DNA of 64,000 nucleotides from an uncultured Candidatus Saccharibacteria bacterium (GCA_964490365.1 CAZBAG010000002.1:73486-137485); one strand, 5' to 3'. Positions 27,500 through 37,515 are shown, counted from the stretch's first letter. Numbers and translations: made by a program. Notes: generated by a model not told the origin, from the sequence alone.

Positions 27500-28369
27500 A
27501 TGTTTCTATTTTTACGAAAAAGAAAAATTCTTGGTCTAGATATTACCGAAGAGCGTATTCGTTATGTGCTCGTTGAAAAAAGTAGAGAGACTACAAAGCT
27601 TATACTCTGTGCCGAAGAAAAAGTTCCCCGAGTTGAACCAAAAAATGCTTTACTTTACGGTCTTCGTAGTATTGTGCAAAAATCAGGTTGTACAAAAGCC
27701 CATGTTTCATTCCCGGCAGATTTCGTCAGGCCTGAAACTGTTTCTGTGTCGTCAAAAACTCGCCAAGAAGATATTGTTTCAGAGCTCGGACTTCGTTTAA
27801 CTGAACGAAAAGCTCTTACTCATGGAGAATCGATTTTTTATTACGAAAAAATTGAATCAATAAATAATAAAGATTTCTATACCGTATTTGTTTCTTCAAA
27901 CGAAACCATTAGTTTTCTTAAAAGTGTCTTCGTGCATGCCGGTCTTGATATTCAAAAGGTTGTTAGTCGTAAAGATGCACTTCTTGCGTCATGTGTGAAA
28001 GAGGGTGAAATTATAAACACCATGGTTATTAACGCTGACGCAGAGAGAGTTGATCTTGCTATCTTTAGCCCGTTCAATCGGTTTAAAGGCGTTAGTGTTG
28101 TGACAGGAAAAGAGAATATTCCAAGGCTTATTGCAGAAACACACCAAGATTTCTATGGCTTGGCGGGTGACAGGATTGGCTATTTCATGTGTGCCGGATC
28201 ATCTACTTCTGATATTTCATTTATAAACTATCTTTCTCGCGAAACGAGACTTCCTGTAAGTCAGACTGATATTTTTGCTAATGTTTCTTTGGGGAGAGGA
28301 GAGCTACCGCTTGTTACAAAAAATGAATCATTTAACTATGCAATAGCACTTGGTGCTGCTATGCGGTAG
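27500..28369 (+). CDS. PilM-like actin-fold protein (divergent)
   Basis: LGLDITEERIRYV at the N-terminus, YAIALGAAMR at the C-terminus. Confidence 0.65.
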   Translation: MFLFLRKRKILGLDITEERIRYVLVEKSRETTKLILCAEEKVPRVEPKNALLYGLRSIVQKSGCTKAHVSFPADFVRPETVSVSSKTRQEDIVSELGLRLTERKALTHGESIFYYEKIESINNKDFYTVFVSSNETISFLKSVFVHAGLDIQKVVSRKDALLASCVKEGEIINTMVINADAERVDLAIFSPFNRFKGVSVVTGKENIPRLIAETHQDFYGLAGDRIGYFMCAGSSTSDISFINYLSRETRLPVSQTDIFANVSLGRGELPLVTKNESFNYAIALGAAMR

Positions 28370-28378
28370 AATACTCAC

Positions 28379-28732
28379 ATGGAACAAGGCCCTAATCCAA
28401 TACAAAGAATACGTGAACGTATTTCTCCTGAAACAAAACAGCGGGTTGCTTTAAGTATAGAAGAAGCCAACGAACGAAAGAAAAAAGTTGATTCTCTCAT
28501 GGAAAAAATACAAGAAAAGCAAATGCAAAAAGTTCATGTAAATTTTATTCTGTTGAATTCTGGATTACCTCATGACTTTATTCAAGGATACTTCACGGGC
28601 GATGAAGACTATCTGTATACCACTGACTACGACTTAAATAATCTGAAGATTATAGAAGAAGGGGTTGATAATTTTGATATAAAAAGAGACGAAGGTAAGA
28701 TGTTTCCAACTTCAGGCCATCACCATAATTAA
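28379..28732 (+). CDS. Hypothetical protein
   Basis: ORF with -10 TAGAAT just before ATG; terminator at 28731-28766. Confidence 0.6.
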   Translation: MEQGPNPIQRIRERISPETKQRVALSIEEANERKKKVDSLMEKIQEKQMQKVHVNFILLNSGLPHDFIQGYFTGDEDYLYTTDYDLNNLKIIEEGVDNFDIKRDEGKMFPTSGHHHN

Positions 28733-28766
28733 ACTAAAAGACTCGCATATGCGAGTCTTTTAGTTT

Positions 28767-28842
28767 TGGTGGGCGATAGAGGACTTGAACCTCTGACCTT
28801 TCCAGTGTAAATGGATTGCTCTACCAACTGAGCTAATCGCCC
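28767..28842 (-). tRNA. tRNA-Val(TAC)
   Basis: GGGCGAT...TTTACAC...AGAGGTTCAAGTCCTCT ATCGCCC ACCA. Confidence 0.95.
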
Positions 28843-28887
28843 TTATTGAACCTTAAATATACATTTATTTGCAGAAAACCGCAAACT

Positions 28888-29010
28888 TGTCCCCTCGGCA
28901 GGAATCGCCTCTCCCTTTGGTCGAAACGCACCATTTTTATAATCGCTTCGCTCTTTAAAAATGGGCGCCCTTGGTTCGATTCCTTTCGAATGTTTGTAAC
29001 ACATCGGCCT
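28888..29010 (-). mobile_element. tRNA-3'-anchored miniature element (Arg-TCT copy)
   Basis: Perfect 20-nt direct copy of tRNA 3' end (28888-28907); core 28900-28984 identical to 24836-24920. Confidence 0.75.
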
Positions 29011-29012
29011 TG

Positions 29013-29084
29013 TCCCCTCGGCAGGAATCGAACCTACATCGAGACCTTAGAAGAGTCCTGTTCTATCCATTGAACTACGAGGGG
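29013..29084 (-). tRNA. tRNA-Arg(TCT)
   Basis: CCCCTCG...GGACT CTTCTAA GGTCT...GTAGGTTCGATTCCTGC CGAGGGG A. Confidence 0.94.
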
Positions 29085-29175
29085 TGAACGTTTGAAATAT
29101 ACCATACATGACCAAAATTTCAAGTCTAAATAGGTAGAGTGTCTTTCAATGAGTATTTTGGTAGAATTGAAATAT

Positions 29176-29907
29176 ATGGAAAAAGTTGGAAAAAGTTTTG
29201 AGGTTATAAAGAAATTTATTGAAAATACTGATCCACGAGAATTGGCAGAATGTATTAAAACCCTAGAGGGTAGAGCAGAGCAGATAGGTTGGGGTAAAAA
29301 TGCAGATATTTATGCTGTCGGAGATAAGGAATATAAAAGACTTTGCGCGAAAAAAATAAAAGAAAAACCATTCTTACTAGATAATCGTCCAGAAGAAGAA
29401 TTTGCATATCAGCAAAAAGTTAGAGCTCTTGGTGTAAAAACCCCTGCGAGTGTTGCTGTTATTAAAAATATTACAACAGGAGAAGAGTACATCATTATGG
29501 AAAGAATCATAGGTGTGTCTATTGGTGATATTGTAAGCTCTGAGATTAATGCTCCTATTCCTGAAGAATATGATCATGATAGGTTTTTTGAAAAACTAAA
29601 GCAAGATTTAAAAAAAATGCATGAGGATGGGATATATCACAGAGACCTTCATATGGGTAATGTGATGATTGACGAAAAAGGGGATCCTGTAATTATTGAT
29701 TTTGGCAGTGCCACTATTGCCTTTTCTGGTGACGATGATAAGTATTTACAGACTCAGGTTAAACAATATAACAAAGAAAAAGATCGATATGAAGTTGTGA
29801 GCGGGCGTTACCTAGATGACGATAACGGATATGAAAGCTTAAGAAGTTCGATGAATCGACATCTTAATCCAAATAGTATTAATGTTGACAAAAACTGGAA
29901 GTTATGA
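29176..29907 (+). CDS. Protein kinase-like (RIO/Bud32/Kdo-type fold)
   Basis: IGWGKNADIY, AKK, IIMERI, HRDLHMGNV, IIDFG. Confidence 0.85.
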   Translation: MEKVGKSFEVIKKFIENTDPRELAECIKTLEGRAEQIGWGKNADIYAVGDKEYKRLCAKKIKEKPFLLDNRPEEEFAYQQKVRALGVKTPASVAVIKNITTGEEYIIMERIIGVSIGDIVSSEINAPIPEEYDHDRFFEKLKQDLKKMHEDGIYHRDLHMGNVMIDEKGDPVIIDFGSATIAFSGDDDKYLQTQVKQYNKEKDRYEVVSGRYLDDDNGYESLRSSMNRHLNPNSINVDKNWKL

Positions 29908-29935
29908 TTATATTTTAAATAAATAAAAAGAGTAT

Positions 29936-30145
29936 ATGGAAATCCAATCAACATTCAGTGAAGAATTTAAAGAGGTTGTTAGAAAAAAGGCAACAGATTT
30001 AATTTCTTCCAATCAAGAAAAGGGTGAACTAGAAGATGATTTCTATGGTCCGCTTATGATCTTCATAGATAAACGACCCAAAACCATTCTCTTTTCTGCT
30101 AAGATAGATGATCATCAGATCTACGTGGGAGGAGAACAAGAATAA
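29936..30145 (+). CDS. Small hypothetical protein
   Basis: 69-aa ORF with TTGACA upstream and a hairpin downstream. Confidence 0.5.
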   Translation: MEIQSTFSEEFKEVVRKKATDLISSNQEKGELEDDFYGPLMIFIDKRPKTILFSAKIDDHQIYVGGEQE

Positions 30146-30195
30146 GACCACCTTTAGAATTGCCGTAAGTTTATAACTTGCGGTAATTTTATTTT

Positions 30196-30594
30196 TTAAA
30201 TTAAATCTCTTTTTATATTCTCTGCTTGCTTGATTAACGTTTCATCGCTTACTTCTCCGCCCATGTGGATTTCAAGCTTCTCACCTTTTCGAACGGGATA
30301 CATTTTTATATGAACATGAGGCACATGAAAACCCTCTACTAACATGCAGACTCTTTCAGCATTTAAAGCTGTGTGCATTGCAGAACCAATTTTTTTTGCA
30401 AGGTTAAAAAGATATGAGTATGTTGTATCGTCTAAATCAAACACGTAGTCTGTTGGTGTTTTTGGTATTACAAGCACCTGTCCCGAAATAGCTGGGAATT
30501 TATCCATAATAGCGATAGCTTGCTCATCTTCATATACAAATACTGCAGGTATTTCTCGATCAATAATCTTTTCAAATATTGTTTTCATACTCAT
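30196..30594 (-). CDS. HIT family nucleotide hydrolase
   Basis: IFEKII.REIPA, VPHVHIK. Confidence 0.92.
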   Translation of the reverse strand: MSMKTIFEKIIDREIPAVFVYEDEQAIAIMDKFPAISGQVLVIPKTPTDYVFDLDDTTYSYLFNLAKKIGSAMHTALNAERVCMLVEGFHVPHVHIKMYPVRKGEKLEIHMGGEVSDETLIKQAENIKRDLI

Positions 30595-30629
30595 ATTTTA
30601 GCATGTTTCAAGTGTGATAGAATTGACCA

Positions 30630-32333
30630 ATGACTATTGCAGAAATCCCTGAAAAATTAGATAAAGAATTGGCACGATATTCTCCACTTATCCGTAGACT
30701 TCTTGTAAATAGAAATATAACAACAGCAGAAGAGGCGAGAGCCTTCATGTTTCCTTCATACGAAGATGATGTTCATGATCCATTTTTAATGAAAAATATG
30801 GAAGGTGTTGTTTCTCGGATTTATACTGCGATACAGAATAATGAAAAAATTGTCGTATATTCAGACTACGACTGCGACGGTATTCCAGGCGCGGTGATTA
30901 TGCATGAATTTTTTAAAACTGTTGGTTACACGAATTTTGAAGTGTATATTCCTGATCGACACAAAGAAGGATACGGTTTAAATGCTGATGCGGTTCGTCA
31001 GATTGTAAAAGATGGGGCACAACTTTTAATAACACTCGATCTTGGTATTACCGCAGTAGCGGAAACAACACTCGCAAAAAGTTTAGGTATGGATGTGATT
31101 ATTACCGACCACCACCAACCCCAAGAACAACTTCCCGAAGCTCTTTTTATCTTAAACCCAAAACAAGAAGGTGATAGGTATCCTGACAAGATGCTCTGCG
31201 GTTCTGGAGTTGCTTTCAAATGCATACAATCATTTTTAAAAACATATGGAAAAGAATTTGGTGTGAAAGAAGGTTACGAAAAATGGATGCTCGACATGGT
31301 TGGTCTTGCAACTCTTGCTGACATGGTGCCACTACGAAATGAAAATCGGGTGTTCGCATATTATGGTTTAAAAGTTTTAAGAAAAACAAAACGTCTTGGA
31401 CTTCTGAAACTTTTTAGAAAGACATCACTGAAACCTGAAACACTTCAAGACGAAGATATTACATTTACGATTTGTCCTCGTCTAAATGCAGCAGGAAGAA
31501 TGGATCATCCTCGCTATGCGTTCGACCTACTTGTTGCAGACAATGAAGACGCAGCTGAAACATCAGCTGCGTATCTTACGAAAATAAATAATGAACGTAA
31601 AACGCTTGTTGCTACGATGATGCGATCGGTGCACAAAGAGGTTTCGGCACGACAAAAAGATTTCTCTGTTATTTGCATTGGTGACACAACATGGCGAGCG
31701 GGTGTGCTTGGTCTTGTTGCAGGAAAGATTGTTGATGAATATAAGAAGCCAGCTTTTGTGTGGGGGCTTGAAGGTGGTGAAACAATAAAAGGTTCGTGTC
31801 GTTCGTCTGGCGAAGTAAATCTTGTAGACATGATGACACTTCTTCCTGAAAATAGCTTGCTTGAATTTGGTGGTCACGAGATGGCTGGAGGTTTTTCGGT
31901 TTCTCGTGAAGAAATTCATTTCCTTGAAGAAAGGTTAGAGGAGGCGTATCAAAATACTCCCAAAAAAGAAGTTTCACGAAATGAGGAAGTTCTTGTTGAT
32001 GCAGAGCTTTCTCTCGATGAGGTGCGCAAAGATGTATTTGAAGAAATTAATATGTTGGCACCATTTGGTGTTGCAAATCCAAAACCAGTTTTTCTATTTC
32101 CGAGCATTGAAGTTTCTGAAGTGCGAACATTTGGAAAAAATAATGAACACATCGAGCTATCATTTAAAAACTCAAAAGGAAAAATAGTAAAGGCTATTCA
32201 ATTTTTTAAATCGTTTCACAGTCTTCCTTCTCATGTTCGAGCAGGGAATAATATTAATTTGAAGGCACATATTGAAAAATCTACATTTGGATGGAAAGAA
32301 GAGATACGACTTCGGATAGTTGAGATTTCTTAA
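30630..32333 (+). CDS. recJ: ssDNA exonuclease RecJ
   Basis: DYDCDG, ITDHH, PRLNAAGR, GGHEMAGG, APFGVANPKP. Confidence 0.97.
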   Translation: MTIAEIPEKLDKELARYSPLIRRLLVNRNITTAEEARAFMFPSYEDDVHDPFLMKNMEGVVSRIYTAIQNNEKIVVYSDYDCDGIPGAVIMHEFFKTVGYTNFEVYIPDRHKEGYGLNADAVRQIVKDGAQLLITLDLGITAVAETTLAKSLGMDVIITDHHQPQEQLPEALFILNPKQEGDRYPDKMLCGSGVAFKCIQSFLKTYGKEFGVKEGYEKWMLDMVGLATLADMVPLRNENRVFAYYGLKVLRKTKRLGLLKLFRKTSLKPETLQDEDITFTICPRLNAAGRMDHPRYAFDLLVADNEDAAETSAAYLTKINNERKTLVATMMRSVHKEVSARQKDFSVICIGDTTWRAGVLGLVAGKIVDEYKKPAFVWGLEGGETIKGSCRSSGEVNLVDMMTLLPENSLLEFGGHEMAGGFSVSREEIHFLEERLEEAYQNTPKKEVSRNEEVLVDAELSLDEVRKDVFEEINMLAPFGVANPKPVFLFPSIEVSEVRTFGKNNEHIELSFKNSKGKIVKAIQFFKSFHSLPSHVRAGNNINLKAHIEKSTFGWKEEIRLRIVEIS

Positions 32334-32366
32334 AGAGGGTGGTATTCTGTTTAAAATTTCACGACC

Positions 32367-32753
32367 ATGGAAATGCTCCTTCAGTTGGTTCTTATTTTTC
32401 TTTGTTTTTTCCTTGGATGGATAGCACATGGATCACATAGACTGTTGAATACATATTCCCAATCCAGTAGGCTTGCTCTTGTGTCGTTGGTATATCTCAT
32501 CTTGATTCCAGCGCCTTTGTTTCTCTATGAAGAGAAGGTCTCATCAATTATCATGATGACTGCTTTACTTGTAGAGTATTCAATCAGTACATTCATGGCA
32601 GATGAAAAGATGCACGAAGAGCACTCCGTTACCTACAAGGCTCAGAAAGAAATGAAGAAGAGGTTTAAGCAAGAGCGAAGAGAAGCTCTCCAGATCTCTA
32701 GGCAGAGAAAAAACGAAACAGTGCAAATGTCGCACATCCAAGACCAGCTTTGA
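32367..32753 (+). CDS. Hypothetical membrane protein
   Basis: Three hydrophobic segments and a charged tail. Confidence 0.55.
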   Translation: MEMLLQLVLIFLCFFLGWIAHGSHRLLNTYSQSSRLALVSLVYLILIPAPLFLYEEKVSSIIMMTALLVEYSISTFMADEKMHEEHSVTYKAQKEMKKRFKQERREALQISRQRKNETVQMSHIQDQL

Positions 32754-32785
32754 GGCTGGTCTTTTTCTTTGGTACAATGACTTCA

Positions 32786-33493
32786 ATGTCAGAGAATATA
32801 CAAGAGATAAAAATCTTTACTGATGGTGGTGCAATCGGGAATCCTGGTCCTGGTGGATGGGGGGCAATCATCTTGAATGAAACTTCAAAGAAGGTGATTG
32901 AACTCGGTGGCAAAGAAGACAAGACAACCAACAATCGAATGGAGATGATGGCAATTGTCCAAGCACTCAAATATTCTCCAGACGGGCTAATTACTATCTA
33001 CTCAGATTCAAAATACACTATTACTGGTATCACTCAGTGGGTGTTTGGTTGGGAGAAAAATAATTGGAAGACAAAAAACAAAACTGATGTACTCAATAAA
33101 GATCTATGGCAAGCGTTGATTGAAGTTACAAAAGATAAAGAAATCGAATGGAAGCATGTTGAGGGTCATGTTGGTATTGCTGGAAACGAAAGAGTAGACA
33201 CTATTGCCAACTCATTTGCGCGGGGTAACGAAGTTTCTCTTTTTAATGGTGATCTCAAAGAATATTCAGTGAATCTTCTTGATATGAAAAAAAATGAAGC
33301 TGCGGCTTCACAAAAAGCAAAAGCTAAATCAAGTGCAAAAGCCTACTCGTACATCAGTATGATTGATGGAAAAATTGAAAAGCATACTACCTGGGCAGAA
33401 TGTGAAGCGAGAGTAAAAGGTAAAAAGGCCAGATTCAAAAAAACTCTTTCAAAAGAAGACGAAGAAAAAATTATTAGTGAATGGATTAAGTAA
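32786..33493 (+). CDS. rnhA: Ribonuclease HI with C-terminal hybrid-binding (viroplasmin-like) domain
   Basis: FTDGG..GNPGPGGWG, TTNNRME, YSDSKY, GHVG..GNERVD; tail TWAECEARVKG..ARFKK. Confidence 0.93.
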   Translation: MSENIQEIKIFTDGGAIGNPGPGGWGAIILNETSKKVIELGGKEDKTTNNRMEMMAIVQALKYSPDGLITIYSDSKYTITGITQWVFGWEKNNWKTKNKTDVLNKDLWQALIEVTKDKEIEWKHVEGHVGIAGNERVDTIANSFARGNEVSLFNGDLKEYSVNLLDMKKNEAAASQKAKAKSSAKAYSYISMIDGKIEKHTTWAECEARVKGKKARFKKTLSKEDEEKIISEWIK

Positions 33494-33498
33494 CCTCT

Positions 33499-34962
33499 AT
33501 GAGGGATACTATTATTTTTGTTAGCACCTTCTCGTTTTTAGGAGGTGTTTTTCTGAGTTCTATTTTTACGATACCTACTGAATATTTTTGGATATTTGGT
33601 GTAGTGTTCGTAGTGCTTATTGTCAGTTTTTTCTTGCTTCGAAAAAAGACATTACTACTTGTTTCGTGTGGTGTACTTTTTGTATTTCTTGGAATTTTTC
33701 GTTTTCATCATAAAGACATTCGTGAGCCAAAAACTATTTTTGACGATATTGTTGGAAGTGAAGTACAGTTTGAAGGCGTGATACAGCAGGACCCCGATAG
33801 AAGGGAAAATAATCAAAGAGTTATTGTTGGTTTTGAAGGTGTTGACGTTCTTGTTTCTACTGAGCTGTATCCTGAATTTACCTACGGTGATCTTGTCCAA
33901 GTTTCTGGTGTGCTCGAAAAGCCAGAAAATTTTAAGACAGATATTGGGAAAGAATTTGATTACATCCACTATCTTTCAAAAGATAGTATTTATTACACTA
34001 TTTCATACGGGGATGTCACACTTGTTTCAAGTGGTCATGGAAGTGGATTTATGAGTGTTGTTCTTAAGACAAAACATACCTTACTTAATACACTAGAAAA
34101 AATTATTCCACCTCCACAAAGTTCGCTCTTGGGAGGCTTGTTACTTGGAACAAAGCAATCACTTGGAAAAGATTTAGAGCAACGTTTTATTGATACTGGG
34201 CTGATCCATATTGTTGTTTTGTCTGGGTATAACGTTACGATTGTTGCAGAAGCAATTATGCGACTACTTTCTTTTTTACCGCTCGTTGCTAGTGTCGCGA
34301 CAGGGTCGCTTGCCATTGTGTTGTTCGCGCTTATGACGGGTGCCGGGGCAACGATTGTTCGAGCCAGTATTATGGCGATTATTGCCCTTATTGCACGAGC
34401 AACGGGAAATGCTTTTCACATGACTCGAGCACTCATGTTTGCTGGATTCCTCATGGTTCTTCATAATCCATACATTCTCTACTTCGATCTTTCTTTTCAG
34501 CTTTCTTTTTTGGCGACCCTTGGACTTATCTATCTTTCACCACTCTTTGAGAAATATTTCCAGTGGCTTCCTAAAAAGTTTGGACTTCGAGAAATTGCCT
34601 CTGCAACACTTGCTACACAAATTTTTGTATTGCCATTTATTCTCTACACTATGGGCACCCTTTCTCTCATTGCACCGTTTACCAACCTCCTTGTATTGCC
34701 ATTTGTGCCACTCACCATGTTCTTTGGCTTTCTTACTGGGCTTGTCGGACTACTATCTCCAATAGTTGCTATACCGTTTGGCTTTGTTGTAAACGTGCTT
34801 CTTAAGTTTGAAATAGCTGTTGTTACGCTTTTTTCAAAATTACAATTTGCGGTGATGGAGGTAAAAAATTTCCCACTATGGCTTGCGCTGGTTGTATACC
34901 TCATTATCTTTTGGTTTTTGTATAAACAGTATAAAATTTATTCTAATGAACAGAGAACATAA
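33499..34962 (+). CDS. comEC: ComEC competence channel (OB + competence domains)
   Basis: GLIHIVVLSGYNV, VRASIMA, SFQLSFLAT. Confidence 0.93.
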   Translation: MRDTIIFVSTFSFLGGVFLSSIFTIPTEYFWIFGVVFVVLIVSFFLLRKKTLLLVSCGVLFVFLGIFRFHHKDIREPKTIFDDIVGSEVQFEGVIQQDPDRRENNQRVIVGFEGVDVLVSTELYPEFTYGDLVQVSGVLEKPENFKTDIGKEFDYIHYLSKDSIYYTISYGDVTLVSSGHGSGFMSVVLKTKHTLLNTLEKIIPPPQSSLLGGLLLGTKQSLGKDLEQRFIDTGLIHIVVLSGYNVTIVAEAIMRLLSFLPLVASVATGSLAIVLFALMTGAGATIVRASIMAIIALIARATGNAFHMTRALMFAGFLMVLHNPYILYFDLSFQLSFLATLGLIYLSPLFEKYFQWLPKKFGLREIASATLATQIFVLPFILYTMGTLSLIAPFTNLLVLPFVPLTMFFGFLTGLVGLLSPIVAIPFGFVVNVLLKFEIAVVTLFSKLQFAVMEVKNFPLWLALVVYLIIFWFLYKQYKIYSNEQRT

Positions 34963-35803
34963 ACTTTTTATTGTCTCAATCCTACTTCTTGTTGGTATAA
35001 ATATTTTTGTATGGAGTTATACTCCACAAGCGCCTGATACTACGCTCACCGTTTCATTTCTTGACGTTGGACAAGGAGACGCTGTTTTTATTGAAGTCCC
35101 GAATGGCAAGCAAATGCTTATCGATGGAGGTAAAAATAGTTCCATGCTTTCTGCACTCGGAGAGCAGATCGATTTTCAAGATAGGGACATAGATGTTGTA
35201 TTGGTAACACATCCACATGCTGACCATATTGGTGGTTTACCTGAAGTATTTGACCGTTTTAATGTTCACTATTTTATTGATACAGGATTAGCAGGGGAAG
35301 ATAACACCTATCGAACACTCATAGATAAAGTTTCCTCAGAGACTTCAGTGTACAAAAAGGGTGAAAGGGGACTTACAATTATTTTAGATAAAAAGAATGG
35401 AGTATATTTTCAAATATTGGCTCCTGATGAACGATTTAACTACAAAGATCCAAACGATATGTCTATTGTGGGAAGGCTTGTCTATAAAGATTCGAGCTTT
35501 CTGCTGACCGGTGACGCTTCAAAAGCAATTGAAAATATTCTCGTGTATTCAGACGGAAATCTTCTCGACAGCGATATTTTAAAAGCCGGTCACCATGGGT
35601 CAAAAACTGCTTCAGGACTTTTATTTCTCGAAACGGTAACACCAGACGCTTCTATAATTTCAGCGAGTTCGGATAATAGTTATGGGCATCCACATATAAG
35701 CGTTCTTCAAAACTTAGAGTCGGTCGGTTCAGAAATCCTTGAAACATCAAAAGAGGGAACAATAACGTTTGAGACAGACGGCACAACTATTTGGAGAAAA
35801 TAA
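34946..35803 (+). CDS. ComEC-type metallo-beta-lactamase domain protein (separate gene)
   Basis: FLDVGQGDA, THPHADHIGG, LTGDA, GHHGS, YGHP. Confidence 0.92.
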   Translation: MNREHKLFIVSILLLVGINIFVWSYTPQAPDTTLTVSFLDVGQGDAVFIEVPNGKQMLIDGGKNSSMLSALGEQIDFQDRDIDVVLVTHPHADHIGGLPEVFDRFNVHYFIDTGLAGEDNTYRTLIDKVSSETSVYKKGERGLTIILDKKNGVYFQILAPDERFNYKDPNDMSIVGRLVYKDSSFLLTGDASKAIENILVYSDGNLLDSDILKAGHHGSKTASGLLFLETVTPDASIISASSDNSYGHPHISVLQNLESVGSEILETSKEGTITFETDGTTIWRK

Positions 35804-35830
35804 AAAGAGCACCTCACGGTGCTCTTTTTA

Positions 35831-36073
35831 TTATATAATTCCTGCTTTTTTGAGTGTTTTGAATGCCCCGTTTTTGTTGATTGTTTTGATTGCCTTTGTT
35901 GAGATTTCAAGTCGTATTGTTTGACCTGTTTCAGGGATATAAATCTTCTTTCGTTGCATGTTTACCTTTTGAACTCGTGTACCTGTTGGGTTGAATTGGG
36001 TAGCACGAACACGGTTACTGTATTTCCCAGCTACGTTGCGTGTTTTCTTTGTTATTGGGCATGTTTTTGCCAT
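35831..36073 (-). CDS. rpmB: 50S ribosomal protein L28
   Basis: MAKTCPITKK...NMQRKKIY...LEISTKAIKTI.K.G. Confidence 0.92.
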   Translation of the reverse strand: MAKTCPITKKTRNVAGKYSNRVRATQFNPTGTRVQKVNMQRKKIYIPETGQTIRLEISTKAIKTINKNGAFKTLKKAGII

Positions 36074-36106
36074 AAGTTCCCCTATGCTATCATAAGGGGT
36101 ATAAAC

Positions 36107-36730
36107 ATGCAAGACCTTAATTCAATATTCTATATACTCGTACTTCTGATGTCTGTGGTTATCCATGAAGTCGCTCATGGCTACGCAGCCTTGTATTTTG
36201 GGGATAAAACTGCTGAATATGCTGGTCGATTAACACTAAATCCATTAAAACATCTTGATCCTTTTGGGTCGGTTATTCTTCCGCTTTTGCTTGTTATAAC
36301 ACATGCGCCATTTCTCATAGGTTGGGCAAAACCAGTCCCTTATAACCCAGAAAATTTACGAAACCAAAAGACAGCAGTTTTATGGGTTGCTTCTGCGGGA
36401 ATATTGGCAAACCTGTCGATTGCCATCTTTTTTGGTATTGTGATCAGAGTTTCTCTTGCCACCGGTATTCTAGGGTCATCATTTATAGAACTTGCTTCGA
36501 TTGTTGTTCTTCTTAATATTGTGCTTGCATTATTTAATCTTGTTCCAATTCCACCACTCGACGGATCAAAAATTTTGTTTACACCACTTGGATATCGCGG
36601 CAGAAAACTAGAAGCATTTATTTCAAGATACTCTCTATTTGTATTGCTTTTCTTTATCCTTTTTCTCTGGCAATATATTGCTCCTGTTATCTATATTGTC
36701 TTTAGACTCATAACAGGAATTTCTCTCTAA
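36107..36730 (+). CDS. Site-2 protease (M50 family)
   Basis: HEVAHG, GRLTLNPLKHLD, FNLVPIPPLDG. Confidence 0.94.
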   Translation: MQDLNSIFYILVLLMSVVIHEVAHGYAALYFGDKTAEYAGRLTLNPLKHLDPFGSVILPLLLVITHAPFLIGWAKPVPYNPENLRNQKTAVLWVASAGILANLSIAIFFGIVIRVSLATGILGSSFIELASIVVLLNIVLALFNLVPIPPLDGSKILFTPLGYRGRKLEAFISRYSLFVLLFFILFLWQYIAPVIYIVFRLITGISL

Positions 36731-36733
36731 ACT

Positions 36734-37453
36734 ATGTATCCAGAAATAATATACGAAGACGATTCTGTACTCGTGCTTAATAAGCCGGCCGGTTTGGTTG
36801 TTCATGGTGACGGAAAAACACAAGAAAAAACACTGTGCGATTGGGTACTCGAAGAATATCCAGACATGGAAAATGTAGGTGAGCCGATCGATACAGGTGA
36901 TGAAATAATTAAAAGACCAGGGATTGTGCACAGGCTTGACCGAGAAACATCGGGAGTGATTATTCTTGCTAAAACACAAGACTCTTTTGAATTTTTAAAA
37001 GAACAATTCCAAAACAGACATGTTGAAAAAATATATAGCGCAGTTGTGTGGGGGAATATCAAAAATGATAAAGGAATCATCGACGCACCGATCGGAAGAC
37101 ACGGAAAAGATTTTAGGCAGTGGAGTGCAACACGCGGGGCACGAGGGCAACTAAGAGAAGCTATTACTGAGTACACCGTTTTGTCTCGTTTCGAGGAAGA
37201 CGGAGAAAAATTTGTATTAGTAGAGGTTCGTCCCAAAACAGGAAGAACGCACCAAATACGAGTTCATATGAAATATCTTAATAATCCTCTTGTGGGAGAT
37301 ATGTTGTATGCTGAAAATAGGCCTTATGTTTTGGGCTTTGAAAGGGTGGCGCTTCATGCACGAAGTATGACTATTGAGATACCTGAAAAGGGTAAAAAGT
37401 CTTTTGAGGCACCCTATCCTGAAGATTTCATGGATTTGCTTGCTAAACTCTAA
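36734..37453 (+). CDS. RluA/RluD family pseudouridine synthase
   Basis: [28 protein letters not shown]. Confidence 0.95.
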   Translation: MYPEIIYEDDSVLVLNKPAGLVVHGDGKTQEKTLCDWVLEEYPDMENVGEPIDTGDEIIKRPGIVHRLDRETSGVIILAKTQDSFEFLKEQFQNRHVEKIYSAVVWGNIKNDKGIIDAPIGRHGKDFRQWSATRGARGQLREAITEYTVLSRFEEDGEKFVLVEVRPKTGRTHQIRVHMKYLNNPLVGDMLYAENRPYVLGFERVALHARSMTIEIPEKGKKSFEAPYPEDFMDLLAKL

Positions 37454-37515
37454 TACTTGTGATAAAGTCTCTTTTGTTAATACGTCACCCAAATGTGGGT
37501 GATTTTAGAAAAAAC

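Noticed and set aside
24824-28984. The two identical cores as attL/attR of a 4-kb integrated island
   Set aside because: The enclosed DNA holds housekeeping genes and tRNAs with no integrase, and each core has its own tRNA-specific flanks.
24824-29030. Repeats as a CRISPR array
   Set aside because: Only dispersed copies tied to tRNA ends; no regular repeat-spacer periodicity and no cas genes.
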